From: a virus
Lineage: Duplodnaviria > Caudoviricetes
Direction: 5' to 3' (one strand)
Virus record (IMG/VR): IMGVR_UViG_3300032225_001437
Span: 32,001-96,000 of that record
DNA length: 64,000 nucleotides
The translations under genes and the position numbers were made by a program. Each line of letters opens with the position of its first letter. The first letter of the stretch is position 1. Below the pieces are notes generated by a model. The model saw nothing but the letters and a program-made list of their open reading frames with translations, was not told the origin of the DNA and searched no databases. Positions 15,881-25,026 of the stretch are shown one piece after another.

Positions 15881-16874
15881 TCAATACACCTTTGTATGTT
15901 TCGTTCATCCAACGTCCAAAACTGTCGGCACTTTCACTGCACTTGTTCAATTCATACTTGCCGCAAAACTGCATAAAACGCACACCGACCTGTCCAATGT
16001 CCTTGTGACTGATCTGTTTACGTATGGCTGTGTCCACTGTGGCTTTGATTGCTTCAGGTTGTGCTGTTAAATCAATTAATTCTCGATTGCGTTCGTAATC
16101 ATCCAGCACTCGATGTTCTACACCATCTGGATCTGACCAGCGTTGCAGCATCATGTTGTTCCAATTATATCCGCGAGTTTTACGATCTTCAAACGCCTCC
16201 AAGAGACCAACTTTATTTTTTGTTCCTTTAGTTCGAACACCCGGATAAGCTGAAAACACATTGTCTGATGCGTCTCCTCGCATACACTTTTCAAAAAGTA
16301 ACCACTCCGGATTGGGAATTGTTTTAGCTTCTTTAGTTTTTTTATCGATGACCGCTTTACCTTTAGCATCGAAGATTCCTTCTATGGTGATTAGTTCGTC
16401 TGTGATACCGTTGTATTGTTTGACATTGGGTGCTACTAATTGAACAAAGTCGGTATCGCTACTGATAACAATATGTTCATCTTGGGGGTGTAGTGCGATC
16501 CAGCGAGCAATGATATCGTCGCCTTCTGCTGTGGGACATCTTACAACTGAGCAATTAGTCCGTTCAGACAAGTATTTAGTCAAATTATCATATGTTTCCC
16601 AGAACATTTTATCTTCTTCTGCTTGGGCTTCTGTCAAGGCCGCACGGGCTACAGCACGGTTATTTTTATAAGGTTTATAATAGTCCTTGCGCCAGCTTCG
16701 CCCTTCTAAGGCAAAAACCACATGATCTGCTTCAAAGCGGCGGGCCACTTTGTTGGCACTCATTAGGGTTACATGGAGGGCAAATCCAATTTTCTCCCAC
16801 GTGTCAGCGGCACGAAAAGCACCGTGTCTAGCACGAAAGAACATATTAGCCGTATCTATAAGAACATATTTCAT
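15861..16874 (-). CDS. rnh: T4 RNase H-like 5'-3' exonuclease / flap endonuclease
   Basis: LIDTAN, YKNNR, EGDDII, ISSDTDF, GDASDN. Confidence 0.9.
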   Translation of the reverse strand: MKYVLIDTANMFFRARHGAFRAADTWEKIGFALHVTLMSANKVARRFEADHVVFALEGRSWRKDYYKPYKNNRAVARAALTEAQAEEDKMFWETYDNLTKYLSERTNCSVVRCPTAEGDDIIARWIALHPQDEHIVISSDTDFVQLVAPNVKQYNGITDELITIEGIFDAKGKAVIDKKTKEAKTIPNPEWLLFEKCMRGDASDNVFSAYPGVRTKGTKNKVGLLEAFEDRKTRGYNWNNMMLQRWSDPDGVEHRVLDDYERNRELIDLTAQPEAIKATVDTAIRKQISHKDIGQVGVRFMQFCGKYELNKCSESADSFGRWMNETYKGVLSEESIK

Positions 16875-16880
16875 ACTGCT

Positions 16881-16909
16881 AGTATAACAGATGTCGTCTA
16901 TTTTGTCAA
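16881..16909 (-). promoter_or_regulatory. sigma70-type promoter (leaderless transcript)
   Basis: TTGACA-N17-TATACT; ATG 6 nt downstream. Confidence 0.75.
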
Positions 16910-17610
16910 ACGAATTTGTTGCTCATTAAGTAATTGAGCAGGTATTTAAACCACCAACTGTGCCCGTCTCGTCCATAATGATATGAATCGGGCATGACCG
17001 TATCAATTCCTGCGGCTTGCAGTTGTGCATGGTATGTGCTGACCGGATCATATGGTCCAATATAATTGACACCCCAATCTTTTTGATCCGTAACGGAACT
17101 GAAATCATTGTTGCCGTTAAAGAATATATGTGGAATATTTTGAGACACAAGCTCTTGGTGGAATGCCCAAATATCATCATGTGCTGCCTGTGTTTTTTGG
17201 CGCCAGTCCAGCCCGATTACATAGTTACGATATCGTTCATGTGCTTCTTGCGGCACATGATCGATACCCGAACCGTTGACTTGATATGTAACACCGTTGT
17301 ATAGCCATTCTTCTCGTTCCCAAGTTGACCATTGGATAACAATCAAAATGTCTTGTAGATTATTTTTTTGTTCTGCAAGCCAAGCACGGGTGGTTCTAAG
17401 TATTCGGGCGTTGGAACTGGCACTTTCGGCTTCGCATTGAAATCCAGCATTAAGCGCGAGACTTAACAGTTTACCCCAAGTGACTTGAAGATTTTCTGGA
17501 TGTGGTAAACGTCCTAGGTAATATAGCGCAGGATCATCTTCGGCAAATGCATGAGAGTTTACTGCTTCGGCGCCAGCAGTATGGCTGTCACCATTGACAT
17601 ACAAAATCAT
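16906..17610 (-). CDS. SGNH/GDSL-like hydrolase
   Basis: LYVNGDSH, ASSNARI, D.YHYG..GH. Confidence 0.65.
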   Translation of the reverse strand: MILYVNGDSHTAGAEAVNSHAFAEDDPALYYLGRLPHPENLQVTWGKLLSLALNAGFQCEAESASSNARILRTTRAWLAEQKNNLQDILIVIQWSTWEREEWLYNGVTYQVNGSGIDHVPQEAHERYRNYVIGLDWRQKTQAAHDDIWAFHQELVSQNIPHIFFNGNNDFSSVTDQKDWGVNYIGPYDPVSTYHAQLQAAGIDTVMPDSYHYGRDGHSWWFKYLLNYLMSNKFV

Positions 17611-18257
17611 AGAATAAATTCTTTGGCATAAAGACCAAGTTCGGTGCCCCAAGCTGCTTGAGCATCTGCACCATAATGGAATGGATCTCCGTTGTTGGCT
17701 AGTATGTTGTTTGACTCAAAATATTTGGCCATGCATCCGTTAGGATTGTAAGGCTTGTAAAAGTTTCCATGCCAGTCTTGATGGTCAGTAATGGTATGAA
17801 AATTGTTGTAGGTGGTCCAAAACAAATGTGGAATACCGCGCTCACGCAGTTTTAAATGCACGGCATAAATTCTGTCGTGCCAGAACTGTGTCATCTTGCG
17901 ATAGTATTCGCCAGTTAATGTGGTCTTCCATTGATTGAATCTGGCCTTCATTGGTTCAGGCATACCAAAGTCTGGTCCGCCACACACAGATATATTGTTA
18001 TACAGCCATGGCCATTCTTCTCGTTCAAAACTGGTCCACCCAATGAATAGCATTGTATCAGGTTCCCATCGTGCATCGGCTAAGAAATAGTCTATGTGAT
18101 TTTCAATCCAGTAGTTACTGGCACCGTTTTTGGCCCAACAACTAAATGATTCAGCAAACTGCCGACTAAAGACTACGATCATGTTATCGGTGTCTACGGG
18201 TTGCTCTGACTCAGTGCAGGCAGGATATAGATTACTATCACCAATGGCTAGAATCAT
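17607..18257 (-). CDS. SGNH/GDSL-like hydrolase
   Basis: LAIGDSN, GASNYWI, DPFHYG. Confidence 0.65.
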   Translation of the reverse strand: MILAIGDSNLYPACTESEQPVDTDNMIVVFSRQFAESFSCWAKNGASNYWIENHIDYFLADARWEPDTMLFIGWTSFEREEWPWLYNNISVCGGPDFGMPEPMKARFNQWKTTLTGEYYRKMTQFWHDRIYAVHLKLRERGIPHLFWTTYNNFHTITDHQDWHGNFYKPYNPNGCMAKYFESNNILANNGDPFHYGADAQAAWGTELGLYAKEFIL

Positions 18258-18643
18258 GACACTTCCGATCTACCTTCGCCGATGTTGCGTGTTTTAACTA
18301 CACGATCACGTTCGGGATCCATGGCTTGGTATTGCTCGTAGGTTTCTAACACAATATTGCGACATACCGCGGTAAACCAACGATCAACAATGTCCGAGTC
18401 GGTATCTTTGGGACTCATTTGATAGCCGGCACGAACAAGATTGGCCACAAATTTATCGTTCCAATCTAATTCAAACGCACCGTTCTGCATATTAGCAGGA
18501 TCAACCTCCATGCTGAGAATAGTCACATAGGGCTCGCCCTTTTCTGTGGCCAATTCTTTGGCAGTTTTTTCTGCCTTCTTGGGTTTAGACTCTGCCTTGA
18601 CTTCTGCTGGCTTTTTCTTTTTAAAGCGATCAAATAATCCCAT
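18254..18643 (-). CDS. hypothetical phage protein
   Basis: FELDWNDKFV...IVDRWF; AAGGA SD. Confidence 0.8.
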   Translation of the reverse strand: MGLFDRFKKKKPAEVKAESKPKKAEKTAKELATEKGEPYVTILSMEVDPANMQNGAFELDWNDKFVANLVRAGYQMSPKDTDSDIVDRWFTAVCRNIVLETYEQYQAMDPERDRVVKTRNIGEGRSEVS

Positions 18644-18651
18644 ACTATCCT

Positions 18652-19890
18652 TTAGATTCTTGTATTACCGTAGTGTAGCACAGCAATACCCGGCATGTCA
18701 AATGGCAACTTACGCCATGGATCAACGATGACACTACCCGGTTGAATTTCACAATATGGTTGTGTATCGGGCGTGTTACCGGTATATTCGTAAGTGATCT
18801 TGCGATTGTGTGCCCATAAAAATACTGCAGGTCCATCAATGGTATCTAAACAGCCAGTACGATCATCAGCTAAGGGGTCGACATATACTACAGGCAACCC
18901 GGCTTCTCGGATATAGAATCCCACCAAGGTGCTGTAACTACCAATACAATATTCAACATCGGGCTTGTAGGCTTTGCCGTGAATCACAATTGGTAAACTG
19001 AGTCGTTGTGCCTGATCAACTAAGAACAGGGCCAAGTTTTTGGCCTGTATTTCTCTGGCATGCATTACAGTATCAAACAGGTCGTAGCCGATGTTGTATT
19101 CTTCAGCCAACCAACGCAAGGCAATGTTATCTCTAGGATGGCAAGCACCAGCATCGCCCATACCTGCTGTCATGTATTTAGGACCCATAATACGCATGGT
19201 TGACCTTGCTAGAGCATTTGTAACTACATCAACATTGATATGACCGATCTTCATGGCAAAGTCTTGAATCATGTTTACAAGCCCAACCTTGGCACTAATA
19301 AATGTGTTGTAGAAAATTTTAATGGCTTCGCACTCGTCCCATGTGCCAATTTCGTAACGTGGATTGTTTTGCATGATTGTTTCATACAAATCTCGCAGTT
19401 CACCGGCAACTCCGGTTAGGTTACCATCTTCGGTACCTAACATGATCATTTCAGGATTGACCATGTCCCATTTGACCGAACCCATGGCAATCAAATAAGG
19501 ATTGTAAACAAATTGATGTTTAGTATCTAATAGTGGAACAAACTTGTTACGAGTTGTTCCAGGCAACACGGTACTAATTAACACTACCTTTTTAGGACTG
19601 GTAGCATACCGGTTTACATTATTGATGGCATCAATGACTGCATCGTGCCCAAAGTCTCGGGGAGTCATATGGCTTGATGGAACTGACCCATCGTAACCTT
19701 CAGCGTGTGGAGTAGGAACAGCAATAAAAATCCACTCGCTTTCGTTGACTACTTCACTGATATCGCATACTTTTACAGTATCGCTAACTCGTGGATAAAT
19801 GTCGTAACCACGAACTTCGTGCTTTTCAGCAAATACTTCTGCACAATCCAAGCCCAGCTTGCCAATGCCAATAAATCCTATTTTTTTCAT
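18652..19890 (-). CDS. UDP-glucose/GDP-mannose dehydrogenase family protein
   Basis: GIGKLG, IAVPTP, STVLPGT, K..YN.F...K, GACHPRD, GKAYKPD. Confidence 0.9.
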   Translation of the reverse strand: MKKIGFIGIGKLGLDCAEVFAEKHEVRGYDIYPRVSDTVKVCDISEVVNESEWIFIAVPTPHAEGYDGSVPSSHMTPRDFGHDAVIDAINNVNRYATSPKKVVLISTVLPGTTRNKFVPLLDTKHQFVYNPYLIAMGSVKWDMVNPEMIMLGTEDGNLTGVAGELRDLYETIMQNNPRYEIGTWDECEAIKIFYNTFISAKVGLVNMIQDFAMKIGHINVDVVTNALARSTMRIMGPKYMTAGMGDAGACHPRDNIALRWLAEEYNIGYDLFDTVMHAREIQAKNLALFLVDQAQRLSLPIVIHGKAYKPDVEYCIGSYSTLVGFYIREAGLPVVYVDPLADDRTGCLDTIDGPAVFLWAHNRKITYEYTGNTPDTQPYCEIQPGSVIVDPWRKLPFDMPGIAVLHYGNTRI

Positions 19891-19943
19891 GTGAGTCCTT
19901 AAAGATAAATGATATAATAATTTATCCGTGTTTCGAGCGGTGA

Positions 19944-20735
19944 TTAAGATTTCTTAAACACCGGAATAGGATTCATTTTGTGTAGGCTACGGGCACGGAT
20001 TGCTTGGTATTTTTGTAGGCGTTCTAATTCTAGACTATTTTTTACTAAAATTCCGCCTTCGTCTTGTTGCATGGCCAGTTCTAAATCGGCATAGCTCATG
20101 CCACCCAGTTGGTCCTGATCTGTGCGACCGTCATCCCATAGGCCATCTGTGGGAGCTGCATCAATGATATCTTGTAACACTCCTAGTTCACGACCCATTT
20201 GCCACACTTCAGTTTTATAGCAGTCAGCGATGGGACTAATGTCTACACCACCATCACCGTATTTGGTATAAAATCCTACACCAAAGTCTTCCACTTTGTT
20301 GCCGGTACCCACTACCAAACCGCCCATGCTTTGTGCAATTTGATACAAGGTGACCATCCTTAAACGACTACGACTGTTGGCAAAACCCAATAAATTATTG
20401 TAGGTGTTGCTGAGTCGATTTTTAAACTCATCAAACGTGCTGGTAAGATCAATAATTTCGTGACGCACATTGTCAAACTCGTTGCATAACCAAGCACCTT
20501 GACGCATACTGAGATCATGTAGGTCGGGTCGCTGACGAATAGGCATGGTCACTGCAATGGTCTGCAGACCAGTTCTAGCGCATAGTGCGCTGACTACAGC
20601 ACTATCAATACCGCCACTAATACCTACAACCAATCTACGCATACCGGATTGTTCGGCGTAGTCTCGAATCCAGGTAGTAATGCGATCTTGTAACGGTGCA
20701 ACGGACAATCTATCTTCAGTTGTAAATGTTGTCAT
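19944..20735 (-). CDS. nadE: NH3-dependent NAD+ synthetase
   Basis: GISGGIDS, NSRSRLRM, GTGNKVE, GFYTKYGDGGVD, PTDGLW; start MTTFTTEDR. Confidence 0.92.
   Translation of the reverse strand: MTTFTTEDRLSVAPLQDRITTWIRDYAEQSGMRRLVVGISGGIDSAVVSALCARTGLQTIAVTMPIRQRPDLHDLSMRQGAWLCNEFDNVRHEIIDLTSTFDEFKNRLSNTYNNLLGFANSRSRLRMVTLYQIAQSMGGLVVGTGNKVEDFGVGFYTKYGDGGVDISPIADCYKTEVWQMGRELGVLQDIIDAAPTDGLWDDGRTDQDQLGGMSYADLELAMQQDEGGILVKNSLELERLQKYQAIRARSLHKMNPIPVFKKS
20706..20735. repeat. 30-bp direct repeat, copy 1 (nadE 5' end)
   Basis: CAATCTATCTTCAGTTGTAAATGTTGTCAT, identical to 21159-21188. Confidence 0.95.
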
Positions 20736-20743
20736 ATTTTTCC

Positions 20744-21094
20744 TTAAATCCAATGCTGTGCTAGGACCATCAAGCTCAACCAAGCCCACATGGTATTAAA
20801 GCCAACCAGTGTAGGCAAGGCTTTTTTACGACTAGCCCAAATTAATGTTACGCTAGTCAATAGTGTTAGGTAATACAATTCCCAAATTTGAATACCAAAG
20901 ATCAGTCCTGGGATAATAATAATGGCTTTGGCCAACCATGATACAAACTCTACAGTATTGTAACCAGTCCAATATTCTTTAGTAAACCACATCATATAGC
21001 AGTCACGCATATTTTGCCACCCGCTGTGGCTATAACTGATTACCATTAGGACCAACCATACACCTACTGCTAGTAAAATTTGATTTTGTGTCAT
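20744..21094 (-). CDS. multi-pass membrane protein
   Basis: About four hydrophobic segments; AAGGA SD. Confidence 0.75.
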   Translation of the reverse strand: MTQNQILLAVGVWLVLMVISYSHSGWQNMRDCYMMWFTKEYWTGYNTVEFVSWLAKAIIIIPGLIFGIQIWELYYLTLLTSVTLIWASRKKALPTLVGFNTMWAWLSLMVLAQHWI

Positions 21095-21158
21095 TTTAAT
21101 TTCCTTTTGGTTTCTAAATTAAGAATTCGCCACTGGTGATCAGATCGCTAGAACCTGC

Positions 21159-21188
21159 CAATCTATCTTCAGTTGTAAATGTTGTCAT
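21159..21188. repeat. 30-bp direct repeat, copy 2 (starts the 24-codon ORF 21114-21188)
   Basis: Identical to 20706-20735; ORF MTTFTTEDRLAGSSDLITSGEFLI*. Confidence 0.95.
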
Positions 21189-21417
21189 TGTATTTTAATT
21201 TCCATATTAAATGTTCCACAGGTTCATGATATCTAAATATAAAGACAGGATCACCAGGTCCTGTAATCATTCTAGTTCCTTCGTATACAGTGCAAAGCCA
21301 TAGACGCCGACCAGTTATGGCACTGCGCTTGGGCCACCATAAAAATCGTAGTCGCCAATTGGCGTGAGTATGAAATGCCTCTTCTTCCCAACTGATATCC
21401 ATTCCAGGTATTGGCAA
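21169..21417 (-). CDS. hypothetical protein
   Basis: ORF track; Trp-rich. Confidence 0.6.
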   Translation of the reverse strand: MPIPGMDISWEEEAFHTHANWRLRFLWWPKRSAITGRRLWLCTVYEGTRMITGPGDPVFIFRYHEPVEHLIWKLKYNDNIYN

Positions 21418-22275
21418 TCAAGTGCCCCATTCGTTTTTAAACAGCGGCACTTGTAATCGATCACTGTAACGAAGTCCGTGTTTCATTGCTAACAGGGCCA
21501 CATTACGATTATTCATTGCGTATACTGTTTCCACACCACCTACTGGCATTAGATAAACATGTCCTGTAAATCCTGCTGAACGATACGCACCAATAGCACA
21601 TTCTGCATCGGCAAAGTCTTGCTCTGTAGCAATAACAAACTTCAAGTATGCTGTGCCATATTCCTCATACTCATATACTATTTCTGGGAGAATTGCTTCT
21701 TCCCACTTCTCTCCACTGCATGGCAATTTAGCACTTACTGAGAATGTAATCTCACGACAAAATTCTTGATCATGATGTGATTTCCAAGTGTGCAAATACG
21801 AAGCGAATTCTAGAGCAAGTTTCTGAGTACCGTTTGTTTCAAAGGTAATTTCTTTCAACCCGGCCATCTTGGGATGATTCAACAGATCTGGATAAGCACG
21901 TTGCCAGCCCAGCAAAGGCTCGCCGCCTGTGATCACAAGATGTTCATCACGCCATTCACCGTGTGGCAGTATCTCCATAATGCGCTCAACAATAGCATCA
22001 GTAGTTAACATAGGACTTAAATCCTTGAAACTAGGATGCCAGCTAGCATAGCTGTCACAGCCGGTGCTCACCAATGGCAATTCTTCATATTTGTTATATA
22101 AATGTGCCACCTCACTGAGTTCTTCTGCTTCTTTGCTCAACTCACCACGCGGCATGCCAAAACCGGAGCATTTAAAGTTACATCCAAACACACGCAAGAA
22201 TACCGATGGTACACCCATATACCTGCCTTCGCCTTGCACTGAATAGAATAATTCTGCTATTTTTAATTTACTCAT
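21418..22275 (-). CDS. queE: 7-carboxy-7-deazaguanine synthase (radical SAM)
   Basis: ELFYSVQGEG..GVPSVFLR..GCNFKC...GCDS, ITGGEP, ETNGT, RYSDRLQ. Confidence 0.92.
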   Translation of the reverse strand: MSKLKIAELFYSVQGEGRYMGVPSVFLRVFGCNFKCSGFGMPRGELSKEAEELSEVAHLYNKYEELPLVSTGCDSYASWHPSFKDLSPMLTTDAIVERIMEILPHGEWRDEHLVITGGEPLLGWQRAYPDLLNHPKMAGLKEITFETNGTQKLALEFASYLHTWKSHHDQEFCREITFSVSAKLPCSGEKWEEAILPEIVYEYEEYGTAYLKFVIATEQDFADAECAIGAYRSAGFTGHVYLMPVGGVETVYAMNNRNVALLAMKHGLRYSDRLQVPLFKNEWGT

Positions 22276-22474
22276 CGTTGACCTTTATTGGAATACCTTT
22301 ATACATATATTGCACAGAATTGTCTTTCTGAAATGATTTGTCAAACATGGTGTAGATGGAATCAAATTCTTTTTGAGTCAATTCAAAATACTCAATGGGT
22401 TTTGATTTGGCTTGAACAAAAATAGCATTGTTCATTTCATCTAAAATAGTTCGTTCTCTATAGTGTATTTTCAT
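22268..22474 (-). CDS. hypothetical protein
   Basis: Start MKIHYRE, overlapping the PRTase stop. Confidence 0.6.
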   Translation of the reverse strand: MKIHYRERTILDEMNNAIFVQAKSKPIEYFELTQKEFDSIYTMFDKSFQKDNSVQYMYKGIPIKVNDE

Positions 22475-23001
22475 TGCCACCAATCCTCCCAAGGAAACAC
22501 AATCCAACAATCTTCTTCGGCTTTATTTAGATCAATTGCTGAATAACTAATTTTTAATTTACTAGCACTGGCTTCGTTATCTACCAGGGTAGCAATACGA
22601 ACATTGTTGCCCCATACTTCTGCCCAGCGTTCATCGTTAGGTAAACACCCGCTTTGCCAATCTTCTTGGATCCAGTTTAATGTAGCACCGCTATCGTTAA
22701 TGTCGTCTACAATAAGAATACGTTTACGACCATCGCCTGAACACATTGGATCACAGATGTCGTAGCCAAACGCATCTTCGGCCATACCTAGATTACTAAC
22801 GCAGTCGCCACCATCACGTAAACTCACATCCAATGACTTCATAGGAACTTCTAAGTATTGGCTAATAAGGTTAGCCGGAACCAAGCCGCCACGAGTGAGT
22901 CCAACTACATAATCGGGCAGCCATGCATCACGTTGCAGTTGACGCAGGATTTCTTGTGTTTGATTTTCAATGTCTTGCCAGGTATAGTATACTTTTTTCA
23001 T
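22471..23001 (-). CDS. purine phosphoribosyltransferase-like protein (type I PRTase)
   Basis: VVGLTRGGLVPA, ILIVDDINDSGAT, WIVFPWE (Gpt-like). Confidence 0.88.
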   Translation of the reverse strand: MKKVYYTWQDIENQTQEILRQLQRDAWLPDYVVGLTRGGLVPANLISQYLEVPMKSLDVSLRDGGDCVSNLGMAEDAFGYDICDPMCSGDGRKRILIVDDINDSGATLNWIQEDWQSGCLPNDERWAEVWGNNVRIATLVDNEASASKLKISYSAIDLNKAEEDCWIVFPWEDWWQ

Positions 23002-23007
23002 ATTACT

Positions 23008-23036
23008 ATTTTAACATTTATAGTCGACATTGTCAA
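23008..23036 (-). promoter_or_regulatory. sigma70-type promoter (leaderless transcript)
   Basis: TTGACA-N17-TAAAAT; ATG 6 nt downstream. Confidence 0.7.
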
Positions 23037-23800
23037 GGCAAATGAGAGATATCTATAGTTTTTGTTGGCCTAGCTTTTACCGGAACAGCAGGTATACCTA
23101 ACCGATCATTGATGGCCTGCATCAAATGTAACTTTGATGGTGCATGTCTACTGCCATGCCAGTGAACAATTTTGGCATCATTTAGGGTGCAACCGTTCCA
23201 TGTATCAGTAAATCGTTGACGCTCCTCATCACCGGGCAACCATGGTCCTTGATAGGCCATGGTTGGATCAATTACCTGCTCTGTAGTTAATCCTTGTCCC
23301 CACACCATATGATTATATAATTTTTGATCGCCATTCCATTCGGTACAATTGCTTAATTGGCCCAGGGCCGTTTCAAACATAGCACGATCCATTTTGGCTG
23401 GATAGTAACGTATGTCAGCATTTAAAAAATGAGGAAGTTCGTCTAAGGTCTTGGGATCAGTATAGTTGAACATCAAAAAATGTTTGTAACGTCCAAATAC
23501 TTCAACAGGTTTTAGGACCTGCACATCACTGCCGCAGTAATAAATGTTACAAGGTTCTGTGCTCCAAATATCCCATATGGCACGGAACTGTTGACGAAAC
23601 ACATGATTGACATCTGTGGCTGTAGATTCTAGTCGAATCAATTCCCAATCACCTTGTAAATTATGAAAGAAGCTGGCTTCACTTAGCACAGCCATTTTTT
23701 CATAGTATGAATACAAGTCACCTTCGTCGGCTCTATCTCTTCCAGGCCACCATTTGGTGCTGCCAATGCGATGCAGACCTTTGATTAAATAATTTTTCAT
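23033..23800 (-). CDS. putative nucleotide-diphospho-sugar transferase (GT-A-like)
   Basis: YCGSDVQV, LNAD, GDQ, IVHWHGS pattern; inside a sugar operon. Confidence 0.5.
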   Translation of the reverse strand: MKNYLIKGLHRIGSTKWWPGRDRADEGDLYSYYEKMAVLSEASFFHNLQGDWELIRLESTATDVNHVFRQQFRAIWDIWSTEPCNIYYCGSDVQVLKPVEVFGRYKHFLMFNYTDPKTLDELPHFLNADIRYYPAKMDRAMFETALGQLSNCTEWNGDQKLYNHMVWGQGLTTEQVIDPTMAYQGPWLPGDEERQRFTDTWNGCTLNDAKIVHWHGSRHAPSKLHLMQAINDRLGIPAVPVKARPTKTIDISHLP

Positions 23801-25026
23801 TGAACTTCTACTTCAGGGAAATATCTAAGGAAGCGATCATTGGTATTGGTTCTAGCCGCTTGAATCTTTGATTTGATTTCTTTAAAAAAATTCCAGGCCA
23901 AGGGCACAAATAGTATTTTACTATCAGCATCGAACTTGTTTAAATGATCAACGCTGACAATGGCGCAACCAGTACCGGGTGTAAATTTGTCTTGTTTAAG
24001 TGGATTGTCGTCAATGATAAAATCCAATCGAATATTGCCAAAGTTCAATAAAGTATTGCCCTTGGCCGCTGCCCCGTACCCAACCAAGGTATATCCATCA
24101 GCACGATATTGATCAATGGTTTCGATTAACTGATCCATGTTGGACTTGACTGTAGATTCCCAACGAGCGTAGGTATCTACATTCAGCAGTCCATAGGCGG
24201 CCTCAAGGTCAATGGCATTCTTTACACGATTTTTATTGACAGAGGCCTTGCTTAGAATAAAAATATAACTGTTTCCGTGTATGGGAGTTTTGATTGTATC
24301 AACCAGATTTAACCCAGCACGTTGAGCTAACTTTTGCATTGAGTTAACGTTAAAAAAGTTAACATGCTCGTGATAAATTGTGTCAAACTCATTGTTTAGC
24401 ACCATGTCAGCCTGACTGGTTTGAATAAACAACACAGTATTGTCGGTCATTAGTTCGGCGCAGCATGTTATAAACTCGTAGGGGTCTGGATTATGGGCAC
24501 AGACATTTTGTGCTATAATAATATCGTAGTTGACTTCTTTCAATTTCTCAACAGCTTTAGGGCCAAAGAAATCACAAATCACTGAGTGGCTGGCACTACT
24601 ACGGAGGAAAAGATTTTCAGCAGGATCAATTCCGTATGTGTTGATTGGTTGTAACTGTTGATTTCTTGCTGTTTTAAAATAATTAAGCTGGGTGCCGTCG
24701 TTGCATCCAATGTCTAACACATTGCTAATTCCTGTGCAAGACTCTAAACAAAAATCAGCAAACCATTTACAGTAGTCTTGTATAGTTTGATTGGTGCCAG
24801 TGGCATACAAGTAGTTTTTGTAAATGATCTCAGGATCAACTGTGTGACTTAATTGTAAATGAAAACAATCATGACACAGTCTGACTGCTAGTGGATAACG
24901 TTCTTCTGGTGCGTCAGCTGAGTCTTTATAACTGTTGGCTAGAGGTTGTTGGCCCAGATCCAATGCAGTGTGAATATCGTCTGACCCACAGGCCAGGCAG
25001 TGTGTGTTTTCTACAACATGATTCAT
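23797..25026 (-). CDS. NDP-hexose C-methyltransferase
   Basis: CxxC zinc domain, DLGQQPLAN, LDIGCNDG, FDTIYHEH, HGNS, GYGAAAKGNT. Confidence 0.9.
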   Translation of the reverse strand: MNHVVENTHCLACGSDDIHTALDLGQQPLANSYKDSADAPEERYPLAVRLCHDCFHLQLSHTVDPEIIYKNYLYATGTNQTIQDYCKWFADFCLESCTGISNVLDIGCNDGTQLNYFKTARNQQLQPINTYGIDPAENLFLRSSASHSVICDFFGPKAVEKLKEVNYDIIIAQNVCAHNPDPYEFITCCAELMTDNTVLFIQTSQADMVLNNEFDTIYHEHVNFFNVNSMQKLAQRAGLNLVDTIKTPIHGNSYIFILSKASVNKNRVKNAIDLEAAYGLLNVDTYARWESTVKSNMDQLIETIDQYRADGYTLVGYGAAAKGNTLLNFGNIRLDFIIDDNPLKQDKFTPGTGCAIVSVDHLNKFDADSKILFVPLAWNFFKEIKSKIQAARTNTNDRFLRYFPEVEVQ

